A stretch of 64,000 nucleotides of DNA, from the NCBI GenBank assembly GCA_046050355.1, contig JBJOPW010000003.1:11922-75921 (forward strand). The letters are read 5' to 3'. Positions 47,429 through 57,105 of this stretch are shown here, piece by piece (position 1 is the stretch's first letter; each line of letters begins with the position of its first letter). A model generated the notes under the pieces. It did no database searches. It had not been told where the DNA came from and saw only the letters and a list, made by a program, of their open reading frames with translations. This DNA comes from Candidatus Parcubacteria bacterium (GTDB taxonomy: Bacteria; Patescibacteriota; Minisyncoccia; Phycocordibacterales; UBA918). Both the position numbers and the translations under genes were made by a program.

Positions 47429-47905
47429 TGTATGCAACCCTTCAAAGAGATACCGTAATACTCCATCACCAAGCTTGCTGGACAAAAAGTCTTGTCCTAA
47501 TCCTGTCGGTCGTATCGTACGGCTTTCGTCGGTCGTCACCCAATTCACACGAGCCAGTTCGTGTGCATGGGTCGGGGTGTCCCCTAGGGTACGATAGTCA
47601 GCCGCATTATCGATAGCAAAGAAAAACTCCACTGCATGTTTTCCATTGTCTTGTGTGTAGTTGTGAATATACAGGAGTGAGCCAACCACCGGTATCACTC
47701 CGAGTTCTTCTTCAAGCTCGCGAATCAGTCCGGCTTTAATATCCTCACCCCACTCCAAGTGACCACCAGGTAACACGAGCACGCCCTCCTTGCCGACATG
47801 CTCCACAAGGAGTAACTCGCCCTTATCCAGAATAATGCCACGGCAGCGGACAACAAACTTTTTTTCCATACTCTCTGGGTTACTTACTTCCATAATGCCA
47901 ACCAC
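47426..47905 (-). CDS. NUDIX hydrolase
   Basis: Nudix box GGHLEWGEDIKAGLIRELEEELG. Confidence 0.85.
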   Translation of the reverse strand: MVGIMEVSNPESMEKKFVVRCRGIILDKGELLLVEHVGKEGVLVLPGGHLEWGEDIKAGLIRELEEELGVIPVVGSLLYIHNYTQDNGKHAVEFFFAIDNAADYRTLGDTPTHAHELARVNWVTTDESRTIRPTGLGQDFLSSKLGDGVLRYLFEGLHT

Positions 47906-48246
47906 ACACCAATGTAGTGAACCACAACATAGAGGAAGAAGATGTACCCAAGCACACCAACAATCAGGGTGAGGGCGAGGTAATTAATAATTTCATTGCG
48001 ACGACGCTTCGCTTCATCGATAGTACAGATACCTTTCTTTCGCGTTAGATAGTAGTAGAGAGAACCCATAAGGGCGAGGAGACCGGTGCCACGAAACAAC
48101 CACTTATAGTCACCGTAAAGGGTGTCAGCCAATGATGACGCAAAGCTTGCGCTCGCGACACCAAGAAGTACCAAAATCACCGGTGAGAGACAGCAAAGTG
48201 ACGCCAAGAGTACCGGCAGACTCGAAATCTTAAATATATCTTTCAT
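47884..48246 (-). CDS. small 3-4 TM membrane protein with intramembrane Cys-Cys pair
   Basis: LCCLSPV in TM1. A MerT-like or thiol-disulfide membrane protein is possible but unproven. Confidence 0.35.
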   Translation of the reverse strand: MKDIFKISSLPVLLASLCCLSPVILVLLGVASASFASSLADTLYGDYKWLFRGTGLLALMGSLYYYLTRKKGICTIDEAKRRRNEIINYLALTLIVGVLGYIFFLYVVVHYIGVWLALWK

Positions 48247-48255
48247 ATGTAGCTA

Positions 48256-49461
48256 TTATACGGCAGACAGCCACAACCCATACCCAGCAGCTTCCATCTC
48301 GGCCTGCGGGATAAAGCGAAGCGCCGCCCCATTCATACAGTACCGTTGACCACCCCGGTCGGCTGGACCGTCTGGAAAGACGTGTCCAAGATGCGAGTCA
48401 GCAAAGCGTGAACGAACCTCCGTACGGGTAGAAAAGAGTTTTTTGTCTTCATGGAGCGTGACTACCTCGTCGCTGATGGGACGTACAAACGACGGCCAGC
48501 CAGTTCCCGAATCATACTTGTCTCGTGAAGAAAACAGTGGTTCGCCGGAAACAATATCAACATAAATACCGGCCTCGTAATTTTTATCAAGCTCGCTGGT
48601 ACTCGAGCGCTCGGTGCTATCTTCCTGCGTCACACGGTACGATACGTCAGATAAAATTTGTCGTAACTCCGCTTCCCCAGGCTTTACAAAATTGTTCCAA
48701 CTCTCAGCAGTAAACGGTGTTTGCATAGTATTTTTATTTACGTTACTAACTTCAGGCCCAGTCGAGAATTCAAATGTATCTGCACTACTGCCCCAAACAC
48801 TTTGATAAAACTTAGTTCGTCCTGATGCAGCTCGATAATAATTGTAGCGAACCGGATTTTTGACTGCATAGTCTTGATGGTAATCCTCGGCAGCAAAAAA
48901 TGCTGGCCTTGGTAACAGTGCTATCGTCACTGGTTCGCTATATTTGCCGGCGGCATTAACCGCCTCTATCACTTGTTTAGCCGCCTCCTGTTCTTCGTCT
49001 GTTTCGTAGTACACCGCCGGTGCATACTGTACCCCGCGATCATAAAACGATCCTTCGGCATCAGTGGGGTCGCCGTGTTTCAATATATGTTCAACGAGGT
49101 TTTTGTATGATACCACCGTCGGATCATAGGTGACTTCGACTACCTCACGATGTCCTCCCGCCGCATAGTTTTCGTAGGTAGGACTATCGGTAGTACCGCC
49201 AGCATACCCCGAGACCACAGCAACGACACCAGCCACTGCCTCCAAATCATGCTCAACACACCAGAAACAACCATTGGCGAGGATTGCACTGGCGGTATTG
49301 GTGGCTACGATGTTCACATGCGGCGTAACGACAGGTTCACGCAGGATTGGCGTTGAAACGTTTTCCGGCAACCACAACATCACTCCTAAAACGAGAAAGG
49401 TTCCCATCACCGCAAATCCAACCAAGAGTTTAGGAAGCGGCATAGCAGTCAAAGTACACAC
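48256..49461 (-). CDS. msrAB: bifunctional peptide methionine sulfoxide reductase MsrA-MsrB fusion
   Basis: MsrA GCFWCVE active site in the N-half; MsrB RYCMN/GWPSF motifs in the C-half; signal/TM at the N-terminus. Confidence 0.85.
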   Translation of the reverse strand: MCTLTAMPLPKLLVGFAVMGTFLVLGVMLWLPENVSTPILREPVVTPHVNIVATNTASAILANGCFWCVEHDLEAVAGVVAVVSGYAGGTTDSPTYENYAAGGHREVVEVTYDPTVVSYKNLVEHILKHGDPTDAEGSFYDRGVQYAPAVYYETDEEQEAAKQVIEAVNAAGKYSEPVTIALLPRPAFFAAEDYHQDYAVKNPVRYNYYRAASGRTKFYQSVWGSSADTFEFSTGPEVSNVNKNTMQTPFTAESWNNFVKPGEAELRQILSDVSYRVTQEDSTERSSTSELDKNYEAGIYVDIVSGEPLFSSRDKYDSGTGWPSFVRPISDEVVTLHEDKKLFSTRTEVRSRFADSHLGHVFPDGPADRGGQRYCMNGAALRFIPQAEMEAAGYGLWLSAV

Positions 49462-50126
49462 TATTCGAGACTAAAGGTGGCGCGTGTTGTCACCATTACT
49501 TCTTTGTTCAGTGAACCGGTATCGTATGAGCCGTAGTCACTAATATCTACCCCACCCTGTGGCAATACCTGGACCACGCCACCCACCGCATTACGCAACA
49601 TCCCAACCTCTCGTCCTGATTCAGAGGCAATGGCTTCGGCTCGAGCAGTGGCGTCTTTGATGGCTTCAGAGAGGAGCGAGACCCGCATTTCATCAAGCTT
49701 ACTGTAGGTGAGTTCAAGTCCTCCGGTAGTCACCACATACCCATCGCCATTGAGGGGACTGAGGTCGTTTGCGAGCGCAGTCAATTTTGCCACGTCACTG
49801 CCGCGGACAATCACGCTCCGGTTAATGGTATACCCAGTCTGTACCGCCTCGGCGTTTTGTGGGTAGTAGTACGTCGCACTAATGTTGCCGGCCGGTGTTT
49901 CAAAGTCAGTATGACCTTCTTTAGTCAAATACGACGTGACTTTTTCGACCGCTCGACCGAGTCGCTCCACCCCTGCCTGCTGATCACCCAAACCAGTCTT
50001 TGTTTCGAGATTGATAATGAGTCGACCAGTATCTGCTACTACCGCCTCTTTGGCTGAGCCAGTCACCTCAATGGTATCGCTCGCCAGTTTGATATCGTAA
50101 AGTACCTGACCACCGTACCAAACCAT
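49461..50126 (-). CDS. SIMPL-domain (DUF541) protein
   Basis: N-terminal TM then SIMPL-like pattern. Confidence 0.5.
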   Translation of the reverse strand: MVWYGGQVLYDIKLASDTIEVTGSAKEAVVADTGRLIINLETKTGLGDQQAGVERLGRAVEKVTSYLTKEGHTDFETPAGNISATYYYPQNAEAVQTGYTINRSVIVRGSDVAKLTALANDLSPLNGDGYVVTTGGLELTYSKLDEMRVSLLSEAIKDATARAEAIASESGREVGMLRNAVGGVVQVLPQGGVDISDYGSYDTGSLNKEVMVTTRATFSLE

Positions 50127-50231
50127 AAGTCCCAGTGCCAGTGACAGAATCGTAACGGCGGCTACCCGCGGTTCACTATATAATCAAACAATTTATTAAA
50201 ATGCATATACCACAGTATAGCACTGGCGGTA

Positions 50232-51794
50232 TTACCTGTCTGCCGCTACCTCGATATCTACTACTTCTTTTGTGATAAGTGATTCACTCACGGCAATATT
50301 GTCTTGCAGACGCTTGAGGATTTTTATTTCTTCCCGAGTGAGCTTGCGCTTTTTACTCGCTTTTTCAAGGGATTCTATATCAACCTCAAGATCTGCTTTA
50401 AGCAGGGTAAATGACTTATGCACCATCATCCGAGCTTCGGTGATTTCGGTATGGAGTCTCTTTTTGAAGCCTGTAAACGTGCGCCAACTCCAGAGCAACA
50501 TCAGTCCCGTGAGTACAAGGAGTATGAGACTTGGCACCACAATCGCCAACACCGTTGCTGCTACGACACCAGTATTCAACGTCATCGTCTCGCCAAAGAG
50601 TGATCGGATTGGTGTTTCTTGGGGTGTCGATGTTGTCACTGCCGAAGAGACGTCAGCAATAGTGATTGTCTCAGTGCGAGACAAAATATTACCAGCCTGG
50701 TCGATAGCCCGTATGGTGACACTATGCTCACCGACGGTAAGCCCACTAAACTTGTATATAGGTCTATTACCGTCAATCAAAATTGGTTCGCTGTCACCGA
50801 CAACTACTTCATAGCGCATAATCCCAGAAATGCCATCAAAGGCGGTGAAACCAAACACATTATCGCCGAGATTGGTTACTGCCATTTTTTCTGGTGGCGT
50901 TGTATCAACTTGGAGCTTGTAGTGTTCTATAGCTCCCCAACCGGATGCCGTTTTGTACTGTACATGGAGGTATGAAATGCCCTCAGCCAAATCCTCAATC
51001 GTGCGGCTGGTAATTGGTGGCGTGTAGACTACAGTCGGCACTGAATCTGGTTGTTCGTCTACCAAGAGTCGCATCGCTACCACATCATCAGTCAGGGCAA
51101 AATTAAATGTACCAGTCGTTTCTTTTGACCAACTATCTGGAGCATGGCTCAAGGACTCGACTTTTGATACCGGCTGATTATTTACGCCATCATCAGTCAC
51201 CAAGGTAACAGGCTGTATCCCTGTCCCTGACGGCTTTGTTTCCACCACTGGTGCAGATGGCGTATCAACTACCGGAGCTGGTTCAGTCAGCTGGTACGTC
51301 GCGCTACCGCGGCTTTGTAATATTTCGGTACCCAGTCCATCATTGGCGAGCACTGACGCAGTACTGTAACTGAGTACCGCGGTCCCCACCGCTTTTACTC
51401 TAAAGGTTACCGTCAAAATCGCACCGCCCTGACCGGTATAACCTGGATTGAGGCTAATACCTTCAAAATTGATAGTGCCGGCACTATTTGAAAACGATGG
51501 TTCTACGACCCAGAGTGAAATGAGGGAGTGACTTTTTGACACCGACACCACCTCGAGTTGATTTGATGGAAACGACACTGTACCCGATACTGCATTCACT
51601 GCCTTGTCGCTACTCCCCACCGTGATAGTTGTAACAATCGTCGACCCAACAGCATACGAACCGCTCGTTCGATCAAAGGATAAACTTGCCGCCGCAGTTA
51701 TCGCCGGCATAGCAAATACAACGAGGAAGCCACTAAGGATTACACCAAGCGAGTACGGTAATAAGTACGAGCAAAATAAAGACCGAGTAGACAC
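50232..51794 (-). CDS. membrane-anchored surface protein with cohesin-like N-terminal domain
   Basis: Signal/TM, beta-sandwich-like region (SFDRTSGSYAVGSTIVTTITV...FEGISLNPGYTGQGGAILTVTFRVKAVGTAVLSY), C-terminal TM and coiled-coil tail. Start uncertain (overlaps upstream gene by 55 nt). Confidence 0.45.
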   Translation of the reverse strand: MSTRSLFCSYLLPYSLGVILSGFLVVFAMPAITAAASLSFDRTSGSYAVGSTIVTTITVGSSDKAVNAVSGTVSFPSNQLEVVSVSKSHSLISLWVVEPSFSNSAGTINFEGISLNPGYTGQGGAILTVTFRVKAVGTAVLSYSTASVLANDGLGTEILQSRGSATYQLTEPAPVVDTPSAPVVETKPSGTGIQPVTLVTDDGVNNQPVSKVESLSHAPDSWSKETTGTFNFALTDDVVAMRLLVDEQPDSVPTVVYTPPITSRTIEDLAEGISYLHVQYKTASGWGAIEHYKLQVDTTPPEKMAVTNLGDNVFGFTAFDGISGIMRYEVVVGDSEPILIDGNRPIYKFSGLTVGEHSVTIRAIDQAGNILSRTETITIADVSSAVTTSTPQETPIRSLFGETMTLNTGVVAATVLAIVVPSLILLVLTGLMLLWSWRTFTGFKKRLHTEITEARMMVHKSFTLLKADLEVDIESLEKASKKRKLTREEIKILKRLQDNIAVSESLITKEVVDIEVAADR

Positions 51795-52606
51795 AATACT
51801 AGTATACCGATAATGCGGAGAGACTGTTCATACTGACCAACCCCATTTTGGGGATAGAGTACGGCGGTGCGCGTGTTACCATTTTTATCAACGGCCTTTA
51901 CATAAATCTTTTTATCAAGATTTTGATGCTGTAACTCGTACGGACTTTCTGTTTGCTGGTAGGTACCAAACCAACCTTCTTTCACCGCCATGTAATCAAG
52001 GCCAGAGCCTTTGTCTTCGGTAGCAAATATAAGCGTCCACGCTCCCCCAAACATATCCGGGTCGCGAACAATTTGTGGTGTAAAAGCTTCTGGTAGTTCA
52101 TCATCAACCATTTGTATTGACACCATGGACGGACCAGCCACCACCGCCAGATGCAGGTTTTCTACTTGAGTCTTTGCTGGTGTACCCATCCCATCATGGA
52201 GGAGAATTTCATGAGTAGTGATATCAATCTTGCCCTGACCTAGAGCGGTGGCTTTGAAGTGTAGCGTGATAACGGTTATCGCTTCGCCGCTAAATCCACC
52301 CGGGGTAATACCGCTGAGAACAATTTTTCCTTTGGTTTCTTCTTTTGGTCGTTCTACCCAGAGCGAGACGACCGAATCACCGTCATCAAAATCAACAAAT
52401 TCAAGAAACTCAGTCGGGTACGTAAGGGCCATACCGACAGTATTCATTGTTTGCCCTTCAGTATCAAGCACTACAGCAACTATCACATCATCACCAACCC
52501 GCGAAGTCTTAAAATCACTTTGGAGCGTCAAATCAGCGGCCTGCACATACGGTACCCAAACAAAAAGCGCTAATCCACATATTCCCACTAGTAAAATCTG
52601 TCGCAT
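51740..52606 (-). CDS. membrane-anchored surface protein with cohesin-like domain (paralog of previous)
   Basis: Signal peptide MRQILLVGICGLALFVWVPYVQA, then RVGDDVIVAVVLDTEGQTMNTVGMALTYPTEFLEFVD...GFSGEAITVITLHFKATALG, then C-terminal TM. Confidence 0.45.
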   Translation of the reverse strand: MRQILLVGICGLALFVWVPYVQAADLTLQSDFKTSRVGDDVIVAVVLDTEGQTMNTVGMALTYPTEFLEFVDFDDGDSVVSLWVERPKEETKGKIVLSGITPGGFSGEAITVITLHFKATALGQGKIDITTHEILLHDGMGTPAKTQVENLHLAVVAGPSMVSIQMVDDELPEAFTPQIVRDPDMFGGAWTLIFATEDKGSGLDYMAVKEGWFGTYQQTESPYELQHQNLDKKIYVKAVDKNGNTRTAVLYPQNGVGQYEQSLRIIGILVLCLLGLYFARTYYRTRLV

Positions 52607-52607
52607 A

Positions 52608-53657
52608 CTACCCGGTCCAATTAAATGCCAATATACTAAAGTCGACCAAGTTAATCTTGCCGTCACCATTAAGGTGTTTCGCTTCACGGAGTGCAAACTC
52701 TGGTGTCATTGACCGTAAGTACCAAAAAGCGGCAATAGAAAAATCAACCAGGTTAACCCGACAATCCGCATTAAGATCAGCGCGCGGGCTACACTCTACT
52801 GATGCTTCACGATACACATCTTTGGTGCCAACCGAAAAAGCATACGCCGCACTCTGTGAAGAAATCGTGTCTTCGATACTCGAGCGCGCTTTGGCGTGAT
52901 GCTCCCCCACTTCGAGTACCGATGAATCAAAACTACGCAGGTACACACCATCAGTACCAGCGGTAGTTTTTACAAAAAATTGTTGCTCAGAATTAACTTC
53001 TAGTGTTACGGCAGAGAGCGGGAAGCTCTGCCCAAAGAGGATGATCGGGTTTCCTTTTTTTACTTCAATTTTATCTCCCGTAATGGTAGGAGCGACATAG
53101 ACACTTTCGATTTTGGCAAGAATGTTTCTGGTCACGGTGACTGGAAAGGTGAGCAGTGACGAACGAATCCCTTTGGTGTCTTCACTATAGAGTGAAAAAA
53201 TGTAGGTACCAGCGGCTAGACCCCGCACGAGGACTTGAAACGTAGCGTTCTCATCCGCTATGGTAGTTGCTACTACCTGCGCATCCTTAAGAATCGTCAC
53301 TTCACTGCCTGGATAAGCCCGACCAGTAATCACCACTTGGGCTCCACGGGTTTGACTGCCACCGCCACCTCCGCCGCCGCCACTTGGTGGCGTGTAGACA
53401 CAGGAGAGGGTATTAAACAAACACGATGAGGTACAAGCAAGGACGCCGCTGGTGAATCCGCGTGACTGACACGAGGCACCACCAAAGTTTCCGCTATCAC
53501 ATTCTTCGCCGCTATCAATGATGCCATCCCCACATCCAGGCACTCGCCCTTCTATTATGACTGTACTACTACCAACTCCTTGAGCAAAAATTGTGTTTGT
53601 GTAAGCAAAAACCAGCACTAGTACCAACAACGCACTTCCCGTTAGCAAATACCGCAT
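52608..53657 (-). CDS. secreted protein with Cys-rich N-domain, Gly8 linker, Ig-like middle and C-terminal dockerin-type repeat pair
   Basis: Two dockerin-like Ca-binding repeats: DLNADCRVNLVDFSIAAFWYL and LNGDGKINLVDFSILAFNW (D.N.DG.VN..D...L). Confidence 0.55.
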   Translation of the reverse strand: MRYLLTGSALLVLVLVFAYTNTIFAQGVGSSTVIIEGRVPGCGDGIIDSGEECDSGNFGGASCQSRGFTSGVLACTSSCLFNTLSCVYTPPSGGGGGGGGSQTRGAQVVITGRAYPGSEVTILKDAQVVATTIADENATFQVLVRGLAAGTYIFSLYSEDTKGIRSSLLTFPVTVTRNILAKIESVYVAPTITGDKIEVKKGNPIILFGQSFPLSAVTLEVNSEQQFFVKTTAGTDGVYLRSFDSSVLEVGEHHAKARSSIEDTISSQSAAYAFSVGTKDVYREASVECSPRADLNADCRVNLVDFSIAAFWYLRSMTPEFALREAKHLNGDGKINLVDFSILAFNWTG

Positions 53658-53663
53658 CGCACA

Positions 53664-54623
53664 TTAGCTACTCTTTTTACTTTTTGAGATAATCCACGCG
53701 TTGTATCGTTTGAGCAGAACGATAAGGATGATGATTGCGACCACAACGACGGTGAGGAGTTGCCATGGTACTAGCAAAAACCACAGCGAGTCACTGACCG
53801 TTTGATTGGTTGCGCCATAGACGACAGATAAGTTCGCTTTATACAAACCAAAGTGAAAATCACTGAGCTGATTTTTTACAGTACCAAAAAATGAAGTGGT
53901 GGTAGTAGCGCCTGCGAGACTGCCCCACACTGGTTCAAACTTACGAGTGCTATTAGGCAACACACTTCCTTCGTTTATGTTGGCAGAGATAGTCGCAGCC
54001 GTTCCACCAAACATATTTTTGATCGTGATATCACCAAGCGGTACTACTCGGTCACCGCCACTGTTAGCAAAGCGGTATTGAAAACTAACCGGCAGATCAA
54101 CCTGTAGACGAGAACCGGTAAGGGTAAAATCTTTGATACCCGCCGCTTCAGGAATGTCTCCCGAGACACGCAGGAGAATGAGTACGCCGAGCTTCCCACC
54201 AATTGCTACTTCGCCAGCGGCTTCGATCTCTGGATCTTGTTCGCCCCAAAAGATAGCAGCAAAATACCCACCCGGTTCGGCATCATTTGGAATCGTGATG
54301 GTGAACGGTACTTTTTTGGTTTCGCCGGTGGCCAGTAGGACACTGGTTTCTGTTCCCAGCCAGGTAGCCAGCCCATCGGACCCGCCAATAAACTTTGGTG
54401 AGCCGGTATCACCACTTGGTTCAAAGTTTTCAAACGATGAGAAAAAGGTCTTCGATCCAGCCTGCTCATTAAGCATCTCAAGTTCACCATGGAGGGTTTG
54501 TCCGGGGTCACCAGTCACCTCAATAGTCACCGGCGAAATCGTCAGGGCCTTGGCTTCATGGTTCCCCACAAAAAAACATAACAAAAGTGCTGCGACCAAT
54601 GTTATGTTTTTGAGTGATTTCAT
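53664..54623 (-). CDS. DUF916/CscA-like cell-surface protein (signal peptide, beta-rich ectodomain, C-terminal TM anchor)
   Basis: MKSLKNITLVAALLLCFFVGNHEAKA signal, ISPVTIEVTGDPGQT start of ectodomain, C-terminal TM plus basic tail KRYNAWIISKSKKSS. Confidence 0.45.
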   Translation of the reverse strand: MKSLKNITLVAALLLCFFVGNHEAKALTISPVTIEVTGDPGQTLHGELEMLNEQAGSKTFFSSFENFEPSGDTGSPKFIGGSDGLATWLGTETSVLLATGETKKVPFTITIPNDAEPGGYFAAIFWGEQDPEIEAAGEVAIGGKLGVLILLRVSGDIPEAAGIKDFTLTGSRLQVDLPVSFQYRFANSGGDRVVPLGDITIKNMFGGTAATISANINEGSVLPNSTRKFEPVWGSLAGATTTTSFFGTVKNQLSDFHFGLYKANLSVVYGATNQTVSDSLWFLLVPWQLLTVVVVAIIILIVLLKRYNAWIISKSKKSS

Positions 54624-54668
54624 GAGAGGAATAATACCCTAATTTGGCGCCCCTGCAAGTATGGAGGC

Positions 54669-55736
54669 TTAGAAGTTGGCCGTAGCTACGTAGGTTACCG
54701 CGCCTGTATATGAACCGGCTTCAGTGTTCGCGGTAATGTTAGCAATATAACGAGCTGAGTATGTCGTGTTCGCCGATGCCCCTGAAGCTGAAGCGATAAT
54801 ATCAGGGAAGGCAGCAGTATCAAATGCAAATCCAGCAGCGGCGTAGGGAGCAACCACCGCACCAGAGCCACCGGTGGCTGTCATACGAAGACCAAATTGC
54901 TCAGTACCAACTGATGAGGCAGTGTTTGCTGCACCAATTGCCGTGATGGTATTGGCCCCCGAGGTGAGCGTAGTACCACCAACGGTCATGGTGTAGCCAT
55001 TGGCGGCGTTTGTACCAACAATCACATTGTGTGCTTCACCTTCAGAACCTGCACCGGCACCAGTACCATCCGCAAAACGAGCAGCCGAAGCTGATAGTGT
55101 GCCAAAACCAATGGTAGTGTCAGAAATACTGAATGTCAGTGACTGGGGCACGGTAGCGGTAATATCAACTTGGTTACTCGTCAACATATTAACGGTCATA
55201 TCACCCGCATCACCAAACGCCCCACTAATCGAGATTACGTATGATCCCGGTGTTGATGGGTTGATTGCATTAGTTCCATCCATGGTGATGATGATTTTAT
55301 CGCTTGGTGCTACAGCGGCTGCACCAACACCGTCAGTAGGCGCCGTGAGCGTCAAGACGCGGTTCTGTGTGGACGAGAATGCCGCTCCCCACGCTGTGGC
55401 TGAAGCCGAGGCGGCCAATGTTTCTGTACTTTCTGCACCAGTGGTTGCACCGTGAGTAAATGTCACGGTACCAATCGTTTTACTCGTGAAGTTGAAGTCT
55501 GACGGGAAGGTAATGATGATCGTATCAGTGTTGTTGTTGGCTCCAGTCGGGGTCGTAAAGCGAATGGTATGGGTTGAGGTTGCGCTCACCGTCAATGACG
55601 ACATCGTGTCTGAAGCATTGGTGATCGATGCAGCCCTTGCCACCTGCATTGGCACGATCGCCAACATAATAATGGCGACACTGAGAAGCAAACTGATGGT
55701 CTGCGTACTGTAATTTTGTAAAACGGATAAACTCAT
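54669..55736 (-). CDS. secreted WxL-like (CscB/C-type) surface protein
   Basis: Signal peptide. C-terminal ~170 aa with QSLTFSISDTTIGFGTLS, GTEQFGLRMTA and terminal GSYTGAVTYVATANF blocks, paralogous to 58088-59077. Confidence 0.5.
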   Translation of the reverse strand: MSLSVLQNYSTQTISLLLSVAIIMLAIVPMQVARAASITNASDTMSSLTVSATSTHTIRFTTPTGANNNTDTIIITFPSDFNFTSKTIGTVTFTHGATTGAESTETLAASASATAWGAAFSSTQNRVLTLTAPTDGVGAAAVAPSDKIIITMDGTNAINPSTPGSYVISISGAFGDAGDMTVNMLTSNQVDITATVPQSLTFSISDTTIGFGTLSASAARFADGTGAGAGSEGEAHNVIVGTNAANGYTMTVGGTTLTSGANTITAIGAANTASSVGTEQFGLRMTATGGSGAVVAPYAAAGFAFDTAAFPDIIASASGASANTTYSARYIANITANTEAGSYTGAVTYVATANF

Positions 55737-55879
55737 ACGTTGGTGATAGAACTAAACAATAAATGCATGTAAATGAGACAGGTCAAAGTGACCACTTTTC
55801 CCATAGACCATTATACCCCACCAAGCCACGCTGGAACTGTTTACCTGTGTAGAAGATAGCCGTGTGGTCATGGTAGAAT

Positions 55880-57103
55880 GTGACCATCTATACTATGCTC
55901 CGAAACGTATTTGGACTCATTTCAACCGCCAACAAAGTCTTCAGTGTTCTTTTGTTATTCGCCCTTTCGGTGGCGATTTTTCGCTATGTCTATGCGGCTA
56001 CTCCGAACCCCGGACACAATTTTAGCGCGATTGGCGGTGGAGCAGTCCAAGGTGATCTGCTCTATGGTTCAGCGGCCGATACGCTCTCAGCTCTCCCTAA
56101 AGATACTAACGCTACTCGTTACCTCTCAAATACTGGAGCGAGTAACAACCCCGCCTGGGCGCAGGTGAATCTCACAAATGGTGTGACAGGAATTTTGCCG
56201 GGTGCAAATGGCGGCACCGGCAATGGCTTCTTTGCCGTCAGCGGACCCGCTACTGCCCTGCGCACCTTTACCTTCCCTAATGCTGACGCCACCGTCCTCA
56301 CAAGTAACGCCGCGGTGACAGTGGCTCAAGGAGGCACCGGCCTGACGACCTTGACTGTCAATAACCTCCTCGTTGGTAACGGGACCGGTAACGTTACCTT
56401 TATTGCCCCGTCAACTGATGGCAATATCCTCCAATCAAACGGCACCACCTGGATTAGTACAACGGGAGGTGTGATTCACGGCCGCCAAACCCTCACCTCA
56501 GGTACTACCTATACACCAACCACCGGCACCAAAGAAATTTGGATCCGCATGTGGGGTGGTGGTGGTGGTGGTGGTGGTTGTTCTGCTGTGGCTGGTTGTG
56601 CCGGCGGAGGTGGCGGTTCTGGCGGTTACGCTGAATATTACCTCACCGGTGTCACCGGAACCTATACCTATGCTATTGGTGCCGCCGGAGCTGGGAACTC
56701 AGGTGCGGCCGGAGGAAACGGTGGTAACACCACCTTTAACACCGGTGTTACCACCATCACTGCCTTTGGTGGTACGGGTGGAACCTTTACCGCCGGTACA
56801 GCCGCGATCAAATTTATGCCTGGTGGAGCTGGTGGCGTGATTTCAACCAATGGTCACGTTAACGGTGCTGGCGCCCCAGGAGACAACGGTATGACCAGTA
56901 CCGTAAACACGGTGGTGATGTCAGGCGCTGGAGGTGCTACTGCTCTTGGGGGCGCTGGTAACGGTCGTAACACCACCGGTGCCGGGAACGCCGCCATCGC
57001 CAACACCGGCTCTGGTGGTGGTGGCGCTGCCGCTGCGGCCGCCACGGCCAATGCTGGTGGCGCTGGTGCTGCTGGTGTCATTATTATCACTGAATTTAGA
57101 TAA
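55880..57103 (+). CDS. secreted glycine-rich repetitive protein (beta-solenoid / tail-fibre-like)
   Basis: Signal anchor, then GxGxT-type repeats (LPGANGGTGNGFFAVSG..., VAQGGTGLTTLTV), a Gly8 run, GGxGG repeats to the C-terminus. Confidence 0.5.
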   Translation: MTIYTMLRNVFGLISTANKVFSVLLLFALSVAIFRYVYAATPNPGHNFSAIGGGAVQGDLLYGSAADTLSALPKDTNATRYLSNTGASNNPAWAQVNLTNGVTGILPGANGGTGNGFFAVSGPATALRTFTFPNADATVLTSNAAVTVAQGGTGLTTLTVNNLLVGNGTGNVTFIAPSTDGNILQSNGTTWISTTGGVIHGRQTLTSGTTYTPTTGTKEIWIRMWGGGGGGGGCSAVAGCAGGGGGSGGYAEYYLTGVTGTYTYAIGAAGAGNSGAAGGNGGNTTFNTGVTTITAFGGTGGTFTAGTAAIKFMPGGAGGVISTNGHVNGAGAPGDNGMTSTVNTVVMSGAGGATALGGAGNGRNTTGAGNAAIANTGSGGGGAAAAAATANAGGAGAAGVIIITEFR

Positions 57104-57105
57104 CA

